From: Octopus vulgaris
Taxonomy: Eukaryota
Assembly (NCBI GenBank): GCA_951406725.2
Contig: OX597819.1
Span: 83,886,001 to 83,950,000, forward strand
DNA length: 64,000 nt
Direction: 5' to 3'
Shown: one piece after another, positions 50,570 through 64,000 of the stretch
How the letters are laid out: each line of letters starts with the position of its first letter
How positions within the stretch are numbered: position 1 is the stretch's first letter
Made by a program: the position numbers and the translations under genes
Notes under the pieces: model-generated
Databases searched by the model: none
Seen by the model: only the letters and a program-made list of their open reading frames with translations
What the model was told of the DNA's origin: nothing

Positions 50570-51128
50570 GGATTGAGGTGGACACTTCTCCCTTTGCCAA
50601 ATAGACCAGTCTCCTAGTTTCTTGTCCAGCTATCTGGTATAGTTGTCCTCAGTTGCCCCATTCTTCCAACCCTTCCAAGTCTGCCTCTTTGCTTTTATGG
50701 CTCTGTGTACTTCCCATCACTCTTGGTCTGTAGCCTTTAGTAAGTTGTTCAAAAAGAACTTCCAGTTGTCCTCTATGCCATAAATATTTATCTTTTCTTC
50801 CTTCTCACCAAATGCTTCATTTACAAAGTATGGAATCTCTGACAGTTTAAAGGATCCTTAAGCCTCCATATCTTTCTATTCCAGATCAGCTTGTCTCTCT
50901 TAGATCTTCTAGCTCTAAGTCTGAAGCTACTAACTGCTAAACTACTACATTCTTTGCTTGGGAAGGATTTTGCATTCACAAGCACCTACCTATCCCATTT
51001 CTGAGTAACAATGGAGTCAATCTTGTTTGTGTGCCCACCAGATTGATAGGTGAATAGGTGGCTGGTACGTTTCCTAAAGTTAGTTTTGCAAATCAATAAG
51101 GTATTTCAAATACTAACTTCAGGAAGCT
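50570..51128 (-). mobile_element. RTE LINE endonuclease-region fragment
   Basis: Reverse strand encodes LLICKTNFRKRTSHLFTYQSGGHTNKIDSI, the C-terminal APE motif of RTE elements. Confidence 0.7.
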
Positions 51129-51155
51129 TATCACACACACATATATATGATGCAG

Positions 51156-52144
51156 TTATATACACAAATATATTCTTCCAACACCTGATGAACAAAAACA
51201 AACCCACATCATACTGATCCGCCTCCATCTTTGAGTGTAGGGATAGTAGTCTTTGGCACATACCTCTATGCCATTCTTTCTCCAAACTTTGTTGATTGAA
51301 TTTCTGCTGAAAAGCTCAATCTCAGTTTTGTCAGACCAAACTACGATTTCCCAATATGTTGCTGGCTCATTTAGATGTTTTTTGAAAAGGCCAAACAAGC
51401 TTTAAGATGACATTTCTTAAGCAATGGGGATCTTTTTTAGACAATGAGAAAAGAGATCATAACAATGAAGTAATCTACTAATTTTATCCTTGTTCACATG
51501 TACTTCACATGCTTCCAGCAGCTTCTTGAGCATAGTTTGTAGCCTATTACGAGCTGTTCTTGCAAGTTTTCTTGCTGTACACTCTGCTAACTTATGTGGG
51601 TGACCCAAGCAGATTAGAGGGAAAATGGAATTGCAAGATTTCCAGTTACATATCATACGAACTGAACTCAAAGGTACATTAAGCTGTGCAAAGATCTTTC
51701 TGTACCCATTGCCACTCTTATGAAGGTCAACAACATGCTCACAAAAGGTCTTGACTAATTTGTTTATTTTTAGCCCATGATGATGATGTTCACTCACTGA
51801 TATTGTCAGAACTGATGCAATAACTGTAAATGCTCACATATGAAACTTCCTGAATTTTTTCAGGAAGTAGATATCTGTAGATATTCTGGAAAAAAACAAT
51901 TTATTTTTATTCAAAATATCTAGAAAATTATTCAATTGAGTTAAATGTGTAGTAAAGTTTTTGCACTTTGAATTTCAACTTTTGTCCATATAAAATGTTT
52001 TCCATTTGTTATGTAATTCTAATTGTTGTATTGAATTTATTACAAAAAACCTAATAAATGATGGAAATTTCATTAACCTGCATTAACTCAATATATATAA
52101 ACTTGGATTTCTGACAGTGTATTATAAACTTTTGTGGGTCACTG
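51156..52144 (-). mobile_element. 3'-truncated Tc1 transposon
   Basis: TA|CAGTGACCCACAAAAG left end; VVDLHKSGNGYRKI..LNVPLSSV paired-like domain; VVWSDKTEIELF..MMWVCF. Confidence 0.88.
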
Positions 52145-53157
52145 TATATGTGTGATGCAGTTATAACACTCACTAATAATAATTATAACCAAGCTGAAAT
52201 ATATATACAGACACACACATACATATATACACACACATATAAATACATACATAAAACTAACATTGCTATCCTGTTGCTCCTTTATATACCCATGTTGTTT
52301 CATCACCCACTCTCCCCACTTTTGCACCTTCATGAACTCCCTACTGATACACTTTAAGCAATCCTCTTACCATTCCATTTATATTCACATTCTTGTACCT
52401 TGAGATTATGCCCTGACACATTGCCATCCTCTCTCTCTTTCCAGTGGGGTAACTATGTGTCTCCTCTACAGCAAGACACCAGTTTCTGTCCCTCTATCAT
52501 AGTTTAATCATTCACTAACTGGCACAAAGCCACCTCCTTCAATACCCCTTCCAGTTGAGGGAACTGCCTTGCAAGTTACGCGGTGACATCACCAGTGGTG
52601 GTACCTTGTAAAGCATCCAGTCCGCTTTATAAAGTAGTTGGTGTTTCAAAGGGCATCCAGTTACAAAAACCATGCCAAAGCAGTGTTTGGCACAGCCTCA
52701 GTTTTACCAGCTCACACACAATGTAATAACAACTCATTGGGTTATTACTACCACAATAGCTTAATGAGTTATAGTGGTTACAGAAATAATTTGTAGAGCA
52801 GGCAATCATGATTGTTTGGACCGTACTCAAATGTATTTTTTTAATGATTAGGAAAAAAATCACCAAAAATTGATAGATTTTTGTAATACCAACAGTTTAG
52901 AAGGCATTATTTTTATTATTTTGTCATTTAAAAGAGTTTGTATTTGCTTAAAACTTTTTACTTTTGCTTTATAAAAAACTATTTGGAAGTAGTTTTCTTT
53001 ATATACAACCTTATATTGTATTTACAATTACTTGTAAGATATATTTAACCACTATTTAGAAATTGATGTTTGAGTGGATATTACTAATCCCTAATAATCT
53101 TCATATTCTGGTATAAAAAAAGTAATTATGTATACACACATATAAATAATCCATATT

Positions 53158-53204
<47 letters not shown>

Positions 53205-54542
53205 GATATAGAGGGCTCAATATATGAAGAGCTTACACATGTGTGCATGTGAGTAATAGTAAAACTAAAATTTAATGATCATAAGAACTAGGCTCACATG
53301 ATACTAAAATATGATAATCAGTATAGACTAAATTTAGTAATGTCATGAACCAATGACACACATTATGGCTCATTCCTAATTTGGGTTAATGATAACTCTT
53401 AAACTATGGCACATATATATATCTGCTACAACATAGGTGAGGGACATTGACAAAAACAAAACAAAAAAAGTAAAAAGAAAATCACTCTTCTACAATGATG
53501 CAGACCATTTTGTTTTCTTCTGGAAAAATATCAGAAACAAAAATCCAAGAGTAATATTTCCAGCTTGTCACAACCTACATCAATCATTGTGTATTTTAAG
53601 AAATAATACATTGGTAGAGAGGAATCCTGAATAATTTACAGTTGTGAATTATCAAAGAAGTAACTGAAGAATCAATTTCATTTATTGGTAGAATTTATAT
53701 TTCCAATGGTTTACCTGTTGACTGAAAGGAACCATAATACATACAATTTCACATCCTCAGGATCAACACTGAAATACAGAACATTATTTCATCTCTCATT
53801 CCATACTGAGACACTGGATAGTGCTGAAAATGTTGATAAATTTATGTGTATGTCTGTATAAGTTTTTTGATGCAAATATTCTTATACTTCAAAGGTCTAC
53901 ATTACACAAATCACTCATCTATAAAATGTGAGTAGTAATATTGTTTTTTGCTGTCAAAATAGCTGAACATGTTTTCAGCTTCGCCTAAAACTGGCATGGA
54001 CATCCTTTTTCTGAGAAGTGGGCCACTTGAGACATGACTCATCATCAGACAGGCCATAAGTTGCCCATGAATGGCCTTAACTTCCACAGCAACTCATCTA
54101 AGAGCTAAATTAGTAACAATGTGTTCCTCTGTGTGTTACACACAATGTAATCCTATAACATTCATAAAATAATTCACCAAATATTGTGTCATTGCTGAAA
54201 TGGTCAAATTCACTGTATATAAAACTCATTACATCCAACAGAGAAACATTCATATACAAATCACAACTCTTTCAAGAGTGTGCTTTCGATCAGACATCCC
54301 TTTCTGTGACATATCAAACAAGCTCCATCTTCAATGCACTCTAGCCTGTTGTCAAAAGTATCTCAACCAGGTTTGCAGTATCCTCCCTCCTATTTGTTAT
54401 CACACATCATGGCACAACTCTTTTTGTAGTCACCAAGCCAAAGACACCCTAGTTGATGGGCATTTTCCTTCCAATACTCCTCATTTTGAAATAAGTACTT
54501 AAGTCAGTGTGAATGACCATACTAATAAACATTTCAATATCC

Positions 54543-54953
54543 AGATCTTTTCGGTTTAAACGGCAGTTTTTAACATAATTTCCATGTAACAAAAAAATTT
54601 TAAACTTCGTATACTGGTAGAATGTGTTTATAAAACATCTTTTTCTCTTGGCTTTATTGAGAAAATTCTATAGTTTGTAAGATATTTGTTGTTTTTTTTC
54701 TTCAATTTCTGCAATTTCAACCAATCACTGACGTCCATTGAGGTAAACAACATTATGTGCCATATGAATATGCCCCTCGTTTAAGAAACAGATTAGGTTT
54801 ATTTACATTTGTAAAGAAAAAAAGATACTCTTCCCCCCACCCCTAACCCTAAAATAGATTGAAATGCAATAGATCGATACTAGGGTCATAATTATGGGTG
54901 ACAATTTCATATGACACCGCTAGAAAAAGCTGCGGTTCAAACCAAAAAGATCC
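54543..54953. mobile_element. MITE with ~29-bp TIRs and a perfect 8-bp TSD
   Basis: CAATATCC|AGATCTTTTCGGTTTAAACGGCAGTTTTT ... AAAAAGCTGCGGTTCAAACCAAAAAGATCC|CAATATCC. Confidence 0.85.
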
Positions 54954-55699
54954 CAATATCCTTCTTTCTCTTCAGCATGCAACAGTGTATATCCAAAAAG
55001 GATAACCTCTTCGAGTCAGCAAACTCTTAGGAGAGTGATTAGTCCCTTTATAAGATGTTATTACATAAAGAGCAGAAAGTATAAACAGTAGTTGGGTTAT
55101 ACCAGAATTAATTAAATACAAGTTAAGGTATGCCCCAGAAGTGTAGGAAAATTCCAAGAGATGAGATGGATGAGATCCATAAGTGATGACTAAATTAAGA
55201 AGTCTTTGTTAAAGTTCTTAACAGTAAGAGACCACTGATGTGTAATGTGAGAGAGCGAAAAACAAGATAATAAAGCAGGTGGTTGTTTACAAATATTTCT
55301 ATCACATTTGAGAACTGTTGGAAGTGTTGCCTGTTCAACCCATGCCAGCATTGAAAACGGACATTAAATGATGACAATGTAGGCAATAGGATGGTGATTA
55401 TTTGTATCAGATCTCTACAGATAAAGAAATACTGATGAAAATAGCAGCAAGCTCTGCAGCATACTGTTTAAAGATAATGGAAGATCTTGCACTGGGACCA
55501 CTTGTATTGATAGGTTGCAGTAATTACAAAAGCAACCATCTTAATATTTATTGAGTGGTCAATCAGCTCCAACAATTGACATAGCAAGAAACCTACTTTT
55601 GATGTTTTAACATATGCTTGATCTTATAATTCATCTAATCAATGTAGGAATTAAGAGCCCGTTGTAAACAAGAACAATTATGATCAAGATGCTTAAAAT

Positions 55700-55862
55700 A
55701 GTTTCAAATTTTGGCACAAGGCCAGCAATTTTTGTGGGGTTACATCGACCCCAGTGCTCAAATGGTACTTATTCTAATGACCCTGGAAGTTGACCTAGAC
55801 AGAATTTGAACTCAGATGAAATGCTGCTAAGCATTTTGCCAGACATGCCAGCTTGTTGCTTT
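55700..55862 (-). mobile_element. Meta-like SINE
   Basis: TTTCAAATTTTGGCACAAGGCCAGCAATTTT..CATCGACCCCAGTGCTCA. Confidence 0.7.
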
Positions 55863-57354
55863 AAAGGTACCCACAATATTACAAGAACTATTGTATATTC
55901 ATTCACAGAAACAACTAACTAAAAATAAGAACAATTTCGCAATTAAAAATAATATATTTTTGTATAAATATCCATAATCCTCTATCTTATATTTTAATTC
56001 AGATTTTCAATAAAGCAACTTTTCTATGAACCTCTATCATAACAAGCCAACATTAGAAGTCTCTGGAAATACTGTTCAACCTGCTGGTAAAAAAAAAAAA
56101 AAAAAACAAATTTCCCTGAAATAACATTTCACCATCTTAAAAAATAAGAACAAATTAGCTAATGTAGTCATGGCTTGAATGCCTTAAATCAGAGCTGATT
56201 TGAAGCTGGACAAAAGCAACCCTGTCTAAAATTGAATCTTCAACCAAAGTCATCATTGACTTTTAAGATATGTATCTCATACTATTCAAATCAATTTTTC
56301 ATTCAACTTGCACCCTCTATTTGCATTATATGTTCATATCAACACTTATCTGTTGATTATAGCTTTAATACCAAGACTGTTTCTCAAGATGTTTTCAAGT
56401 TATCATTACACATCATCACAAAACTTCTTCCTCTATGATTTCTCCATCAATTACATCTTAATTGTAGCCATCATCACTCTTAACACATTAATTGTTTCAT
56501 CTGTTCTTTGTTTAAACAGAAACACTCCATTGCAAAACATTCCAAAAATTCTTACACCATATATTCTGGACATTATGTTATGGTCCCCTTTTCAAAATTA
56601 ACATAGATACCTAAGTAACATACAACACACTCTTTTGCCTCCAATATCTGATTGGTCATGTAGTAACTGATATCTATTTTTAGTGCTCTGCTTAATCACT
56701 TCCTGAAAACTAAGCATAACTATTTTTCCCATTGTGCTTTAGATTTAGCAATATCTTCAGGCTCTAAGATCAGTTCCTTCAATTTTCTCATAAGCTCTTA
56801 TATACGGCCTGAACTATCCTCAACAGTTATCCAGTCATCTCACCAGAAATAATGTTTCTGTGGTCCTATTAGTTTAAATGTCTGCACATAATCATCCAAA
56901 TAAAGTCAAATAAGTCTCATAATTTGCCAAGTTGGATCATACAGCTTGAAGAAAGAAATATATGCAACCAACTGATGGAAACGTGTTATATCCAAACAGT
57001 TTTTTTCTATCTTTGTAAATCTTAAAGTTACTATGGATGACTAAATTACAACAGGTATATAGCATATTGTCTGTATTATAGTGCATTGTTGTACCATTCA
57101 AAACTTTTTATTCTTAAAGTTACTATTTAGTGTTACAGGTCGTTTAATTTACTCTTATATAATGAAGCAGTACAACACTATAATGAGTAAATGTATTAAT
57201 TGATAGAAGATCAATTATTCAGAGCTGTTAACAGCATTTCATGCACAGCCCATAAACCAGACCAAGCCCAGAATCTGGCAATTTAAGAGTTAGTACCAAG
57301 CAATATTAGCTCATGTGAAAATATATAAATTTTGTTGCCAATATCAAATCTTTG

Positions 57355-57572
57355 TAAGGTATTGAACTGACAGAGTTGTTAGAATGCCAGGCAAAATGCT
57401 TAGTAGCATTTCTTCTGAATTTATATTCTGAGTTCAAATGCCATCAGGATTGACATTATCTTTCATCTTTCCAGGGTCAATGAATAAATACAAGTTGAAC
57501 ACTGGGGTCAATGTAATCGACTTACTCTGTTCCCTAAAATTGCTGGCCTTGTGTCAAAATTTGAAACCAATA
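57355..57572 (+). mobile_element. Meta-like SINE (CpG-decayed)
   Basis: GGCAAAATGCTTAG..TTCTGAGTTCAAAT..CTGGGGTCAATGTAATCGACTTA. Confidence 0.7.
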
Positions 57573-59064
57573 TTAAGTTTATGTCTAAAAATCATATAAT
57601 TGAAAGGAAAAAAATAAATTTATACATTTAATTTAAAGCATTGAAATTAATATTTCATAAAATGACCAGTGTTAAATCAATTATATTTAGGAGATATAGA
57701 TATAATTATTGAGTCATCAAAATTCAAGATTTATTGAACCCATTGCAGATATCTTGAATGATGTCAAAAGTGGTGAAAACAGTTAGTCACTTCCTTCTTT
57801 ACCTTCTCACTAACCACCAATTTGGCTTCTAGAGTCAGATCTACTGATTATTTGTAGCTTATAACATTTACCAATAGTCATCACCCTTAAGAATTTCAGT
57901 TTAAGTAATGCTGTTGCATATAAGCAAACCTTTCAACTGTGAGATACAATAACCTCTTTCCTATCACTTGAAATAAGATTCCTTTCAAAAAACTCCATTG
58001 AGGTGTGTTAATAGTGTTTCTCTCTTATTCACTAACCCTGGAGTACTCTAAGGTCTCCACAGTACACTCCTTTATGTACATGGAAACTGTGCATAAGCAC
58101 ATCATATATCTGAGCCAGTAAAGGTCACAAGCAATGCCCCCTTTAACTTATTAAAAAAACCCAAAAATTTGTTTATATATAGAAATAGGATTCCTAAAAA
58201 AACAACAGCAGAACACACCTAGTGTATAGACATCGACATCAAGACATGGTTGATCATTTGTTTTACAACTTGATATAAGTATCCAATTAAAACTCTACAC
58301 TAATCATGACCCCATTCTTGAGCGTACACAACAAACCCTGTGTAACTTCAATATAAGAACCAACTGACCCAGAACATACTATGGGCTTAAAAGCTTAATC
58401 CTTATTAATCTTCTCGTAAATTAATCCAGCACTAAATACTTACGCTACAACTAATTTTTGACAATAAATAAAATTAATATATATCTACTTAGAAATAAAT
58501 TCTTTAAGATAGCCAGCTTCCAGTTAAACTAATATCAGACAAAATTTCACAAAAAGAAATTCATTCATGCTGATCAAACCAAACAATGAAATAAACTAAA
58601 AAAGATAATTCCTTGCAGCTGACTGGTCTACAAAATTCTGTTATTTTTTACAGGTTTCATTCAGTGGACTATGGCCATGCTAGAGCACTGCCTTCAAGAG
58701 TTTAGTCACTTGCATTGAATCCAATAGTTATTTTATTGAACTGTAAAGTGAAGAAAGCCTTAAACACATGTACACACATTATGCATGACAGGCACCTGCA
58801 GAGTTTCTGCCAAGCAAATTCTACTCAACAGGAGGCTATAAAAGGAAACACTTGCCCAAGATGTTATGCAGTGGGACCAAACCTGAACTTATAACCATGT
58901 GGTTGTTGTGCTTATGTATGTGACATCATAAGAATTTAGAAACTTGGAGAGAACATGAAATAATTTGCCTTCAACAGTTGAACCCTATGTAGAAAAGCTA
59001 TAAACAATAACCCAATATTGAAATATAGTGTCTGTGTGTGTATATATATGTACACACACACACA

Positions 59065-62037
59065 GAGTATCTCACAGAAGTAAGTATATCCTAAAAAATT
59101 TCAGTAAAATTGCCATTACTATGATAAAATCGAAGGAAAGAAATCAAACGAAAATTATACTGAATAAAATATATTATACATGCAAACATTATATAAATTT
59201 GGAACACAAAACAATAAAGATTTTCAAAGACATGAATGAAATATAAATTTTCAAAAGTTACAAAAATATGTACACCCTAAAGAAAATTTGCTATATTTAA
59301 TATTTTATCCACTTTTTTGACTAAATTCAGATATTGCTGATTATTTCAATTCTGATAAATTATTTCTCTTGGCATTTTTGCAGAGGTAATTGTTATTGCA
59401 TCTGCAGGAATTCTGATTTGTGTACCGTGGTGAAAATCTTCTTCATTGTGATTACAATGGCACCAAAAGGATAAGAATTATCTGAAGATTTGAAGAAAAT
59501 TATTTTAAATTTGCACAAGAATGATTTAAGATACAAGTTAATTAGCAAACGAATACATATCAGCATAAACAAAGTTGCCAAAGCAATTCAGAAGTACAAA
59601 GCTACTGGATGGCTAAGCAGTAAACATCATCCTGGTTGTCATTGTCATTTAACGTCTGCTTTCCATGCTGGCATGAGTTGGACAGTTTGACTGGTGACTG
59701 GCAAGCCAGGAGGCTGCACCATGTTCCAGTCTGATCTGGCAAAGTTTCTACAGCTAGATATCCTTCCTAATGCCAACCACTCCAAGAGTGTAGTGGGTGC
59801 TTTTTATGTGTCAATGGCACAGGAGCTAGTCAGGTGACACTGGCATCGACCACACCCAAATGGTACTTTTTTTTACATGCCAGTCAGGCAGCACTGGCAT
59901 CAGCCATGCTTGAATGGTGCTTTTTACGTGCCAATCGGGTGGCACTGGTATCAGCTACCACTTGACTCAACAGGTCTTCTCAAACACAGCATATTGCCCA
60001 GCAATTGAAATGTTCTTTTAAATGGGTCACTTATGCGACACTGGCATCGGCCACAGCTATCTTACTTGGTTTGCCAGGCCACTTGTCATTGCCTCTGTGA
60101 GGCACTTCACCACCTCATCCCATGGGTTCCCTCCACTGTTAGGGTGTGACAATTCTTCACACAGCTATCTTCAAATGTACGCAATACATGACCATACCAG
60201 CACAGTCGTCTCTCTTGCACCCCACATCTGATGCTTCTTATGTCCAACTTTTCAGAGTGCTTACACTGTCGTGTATACACACTGACATTATACATCCAGA
60301 GGAGCATACTAGCTTCATTTCTTTCAAGCCTATGCATGTCCTCAGCAGTCACAGCCCATGTTTCACTGCCATGTAGCATCGCTGCTTGCACACATGCATC
60401 ATACAGTGTACCTTTCACTCTGAGCAAGAAGCCCTTCGTTACCAGTAGAGGTAAGAGCTCTCTGAACTTTGCCCAGGCTATACTTATTCTAGCAGCTACA
60501 CTTTCAGAGCATCCACCCCTGCTACAGACTTGGTCACCTAGATAACGGAAGCTATCAACTACTTCTAGTTTTTCCTCCTGGCATGTGATGGGATCTATTT
60601 TCTGGACATCTTCAGTGTTTATTGCCCCTGTGCATCTGCCACACACAAAAACTATCTTCCCAGTTAACTTTCCTTTGATATTGCTGCACCTCTTATGTGT
60701 CCCTAGCTTACATCTTATGGAGTTTCTACCTACTCCTTTTCTGCAGATTGAGCAGGGTCATCTACCTGAAGAGATTTGTAATTTGTCTGCCTTCCTACTT
60801 ACTAAGACTCTAGATTTTGTTAGATTGACTCTAAGGCCCTTCAATTCTAGACCTTGCTTCCACACCTGAAACTTCCTCTGTAGTTCTGGTAGTGACTCAG
60901 CTATTAGAGCAAGGTCATCAGCATAGAGGAGCTCCCAGGGGCATAAGAGGGGGTTGAGGACTGATCCTTGGTGAACCCCTACTTCTACCCGGAATCCTTC
61001 ACTATACTCATTGCCAACCCTCACCTTACTGACAGCATCCCAGTACATGGCTTGTACAGCTCTCACCAAACACTCATCTATCCCTAGTTTCCACATTGAC
61101 CATCAGGTAAAATCGTCCTTCTATTTTAACTGTGCATGATATTTGCCACATCCAACACTGCATGATGGACAACAGGTGTTGTACCGCTTCATCTTTGGCC
61201 TAAGAAGTGTCTTCTGTTAGTGGAAAAGAGTGTATCCATCCAAACAATTCGTTAAGTTTGAACCAATATGGTCTTCATGGTCACATTTCTCATAGGAAGC
61301 CTCTCCTCATTACCAGGCATAAATCAAGTCATCTTTCTTTGGGTCAGATGGTATTAAACAAGTATGGCAATAACCAGGTGAAGATAACAAACGCACCATG
61401 CCTACCATGGAACACGCTGGCAGAAGTGTTATGCTTTGGGGATGCATGAGTGCAGCTAGTGTGGGAAGCTCACATTTATTGAGAGAACAATGGATTCAGG
61501 GCTTTATTGTGACATACTGCAGAAAACAATGTTGAAAAGCATCAAGGAACTAAGAAAACATTCAAGGTTTCAACATGACAATAACCCTAAATACACTTCA
61601 AAGATGATGACTATGTTTTTATCTGATAAAAAGGTAATGGTTTTGCCTTGGCCTACCATGTCACCTGATTTAAACCCATCAGAACATGTGTGAGGTGTTT
61701 TGAAAAGGAAGGTTGAGGAGAAAAAACATCGCAATGTAACACAGCTGAAAAACATAATTCAGGATGAACAGAGGTTGATTTCATCGGTTATATGTGGAAA
61801 TTTAGTCAACTCTATGCAGTCAGTGAAAGCAAGAGTGATCACACCAAATAATCCTTTAAGGTGTACATATTTTTGTATCATTTGAAAATTAATATTTTGT
61901 TCATATCTTTGAAAATGTTTATTGTTTTGTGTTCCAAATTTGTACAATGTTTGCATATATATTTTATCCAGTATAAACAGAGTAATGGCAATTTTACTGA
62001 AATTTTTTAGGGGTGTACATGCTTCTGTGAGATACTG
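59065..62037 (+). mobile_element. Full-span decayed Tc1 transposon with ~200-bp IR/DR-type TIRs, interrupted by an RTE insertion
   Basis: TIRs AGTATCTCACAGAAG.. (59065-59282) and ..CTTCTGTGAGATACTG (61854-62037). Transposase runs MAPKG*ELSEDLKKII.. to FQHDNNPKYTS..WPTMSPDLNPSEHV. Confidence 0.9.
59638..61085 (-). mobile_element. 5'-truncated RTE LINE (RT domain to 3' end)
   Basis: FRVEVGVHQGSVLNP..LLYADDLALIAES..GLRVNLTKS; FRYLGD..MLHGSETWA..WYGHVLR. Confidence 0.92.
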
Positions 62038-62093
<56 letters not shown>

Positions 62094-62844
62094 ATGACCA
62101 GCACTATCATATAAGCAAAGTTGTTCATTTCCAGTCTTCCATGAAAACATGTCTATCTATGGGAAAATATTACCTGGTGTGAGAGTCAGTAACAGGAAGG
62201 ACATCTGTTCATAGAATAAAATCTGCCTCCACAAATTCTATGTAATCCATGCAAACATGGAAAAGTGGATGTTAATTGATGATGATGATAACTTGGAAAC
62301 TGTTAAGTCATCAAGTATTGATTTCCTTTGACAATGACAATCAAGGTAGAATAAAGCCAATTAAAATGATTCCAGTATTTTCTTTTTGTCACTTAGATAA
62401 GGCCTATTTTATGATCCTTTCAGGACCTCCTAGAATGGAAGGACTAAGAACTGGGACTTAGTCTGAATATTTGCAACTGAATAGACTCTTCTATAAGACA
62501 CCAAAGGAAGAGCTGTTCAATGGGACAGTTTTCATCAAATGAATTTCCCTTAAAATGCTCTACATTGACTAAAGCTACAGTAGAAGGCACCAATACAAGT
62601 TATTGTGCAATAGGAATGAACCTGAAATCATGTAGTTACAAAGGAAACTTCTTAATCATATAGCCATGTTTGTACTCATATTATTGGATGTTACTTCTGC
62701 TGTCCTTAGAAGAATGAAAGCAAAGTGGTCCCCCAGGGATATTTGAACAAAAGACCCACATAAGTGATACAAAGACTATAACAATGTTTCTCTTAATAAG
62801 GGGAGGATGTGATGATTGAAAAGGAGTAGCTAAATTGCCAGCTT

Positions 62845-63190
62845 TTATCATTTACTTGTTTTAGTCATTGAACTGTGATCAGACTGGAGCAACACAAAGG
62901 TTTTTAATTGAACAAATTGACCCCAGTTCTTATCTTTTTAATGCCTGGTATTTATTCTACCAGTCTCTTTTGCCAAACCACTAAGTGACAGGGACAAACA
63001 AAGACTGGCTGTCAAGCGGTGATCACACACACGGCAGGCTTCTTTCAGTTTCTACTTTCCAAATCCACTTACAAGGCATTGGTTAGCTCAAAGTTATAGA
63101 AAAAATTGCTTTGCCCAAAGTAACATGCAGTTAGGACTGAACATAGGACTATGAGGTTTGAAAGCAAACTTATTATACAGGCATACCTGC
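62845..63190 (-). mobile_element. tRNA-derived SINE (7708 family), decayed
   Basis: TTTACTTGTTTTAGTCATT..GGCTTCTTTCAGTTTCT..AAATCCACTTACAAGGC. Confidence 0.65.
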
Positions 63191-63779
63191 ACCATGCTTA
63201 AAACAAGATGTTTTTTTCATTAAATCTTTTAAACTTATTCCACATTGTGATAAAGAAAGAATTATGTGGTTACACACTCAATTCTGTTATCTCATTAAGA
63301 GAAAGGTCAGCAAATTTCACTAATATTTGGGGAGGGAGAAGAGTAGGAGCTGGTATTTGTCAATTTGAGAAATACTGTATAAACAGAATTTAGCCTAAAT
63401 CTCAGCATTTATCTACCAACTAATTATCCAGCATGCCACAAATATTACCATCTTTTTCTGAACATTAGAAATCCATAGGTTGTTGATGACTGTGAAGAAA
63501 GAGAGAGAGAAAAAAAATTTTTTTAACTTTTTCCATCCTTTACCAAGTGGTGGTGGTGGTGGTGGTGGTGGTGGTGGGGTGAAGAAAAATCTAGAGCACT
63601 AAGAGTTCCATAACAAGTAGCTTGACACACTTACTGAAGTGAAATTAACTTTTGTTAGTCAACATATAAAATGGGACAGAAATACTACATAACATTGATA
63701 AGTTTCAATTGCACAACATAAATGGATTCCAAGGCATTTTTTTTTTTTAATGAGTCTCTCTTTTCTCTTTTTTTCTCTT

Positions 63780-63990
63780 TCTCTTTTACTTGTTTCAGTC
63801 ATTTGACTGCGGCCATGCTGGAGCACCGCCTTTAGTCGATCAAATCGACCCCGTAACTTATTCTTTGTAAGCCCAGTACTTATTCTATCGGTCTCTTTTG
63901 CCGAACCGCTAAGTGGCGGGGACGTAGACACACCAGCATCGGTTGTCAAGCAATGCTAGGGGGACAAACACAGACACACAAACACACATA
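63780..63990 (-). mobile_element. 3' body of tRNA-derived SINE (7708 family), young copy
   Basis: TCTTTTACTTGTTTCAGTCATTTGACTGCGGCCATGCTGGAGCACCGCC..GCCGAACCGCTAAG with CpGs intact. Confidence 0.8.
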
Positions 63991-64000
63991 TATATATATA

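Noticed and set aside
53715-53768. Minus-strand exon candidate (VDPEDVKL..)
   Set aside because: It is short, the donor is ambiguous and the peptide is unrecognised.
54976-55127. Plus-strand segment with good acceptor and donor
   Set aside because: It has stops in all frames, so it cannot continue the 34898 exon as a coding exon.

Overview
AT-rich, microsatellite-dense eukaryotic DNA. The repeat landscape (tRNA-headed SINEs with CORE-like, Meta-like and RTE-derived modules, RTE LINE fragments with (GAT)n tails) points to a coleoid cephalopod, most likely Octopus; this is an inference. I can recognise no intact host protein-coding gene, and nearly all listed ORFs are microsatellite or transposon artefacts. 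The window holds many SINEs, fragments of RTE, CR1 and an L1/Tx1-like ORF1, two Tc1 elements, a mariner remnant, a FLYWCH-MULE transposon, several MITEs and a full-length decayed U6 snRNA copy. CpG-retaining zones (about 1-3.3 kb and 30.3-35 kb) alternate with CpG-depleted zones that are probably methylated gene bodies. A consensus RFX X-box at 34828-34841 lies just before a candidate first coding exon. The most unusual signal is a set of short non-coding retro-element-like units with minimal type I hammerhead-like motifs. The best is a TSD-flanked 276-bp insertion (27070-27345) that combines a tRNA-like Pol III head, a hammerhead motif and an inverted 5' terminus, suggesting a Penelope-dependent SINE or retrozyme-like system. 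All calls were made by eye, and boundaries of decayed repeats are approximate.
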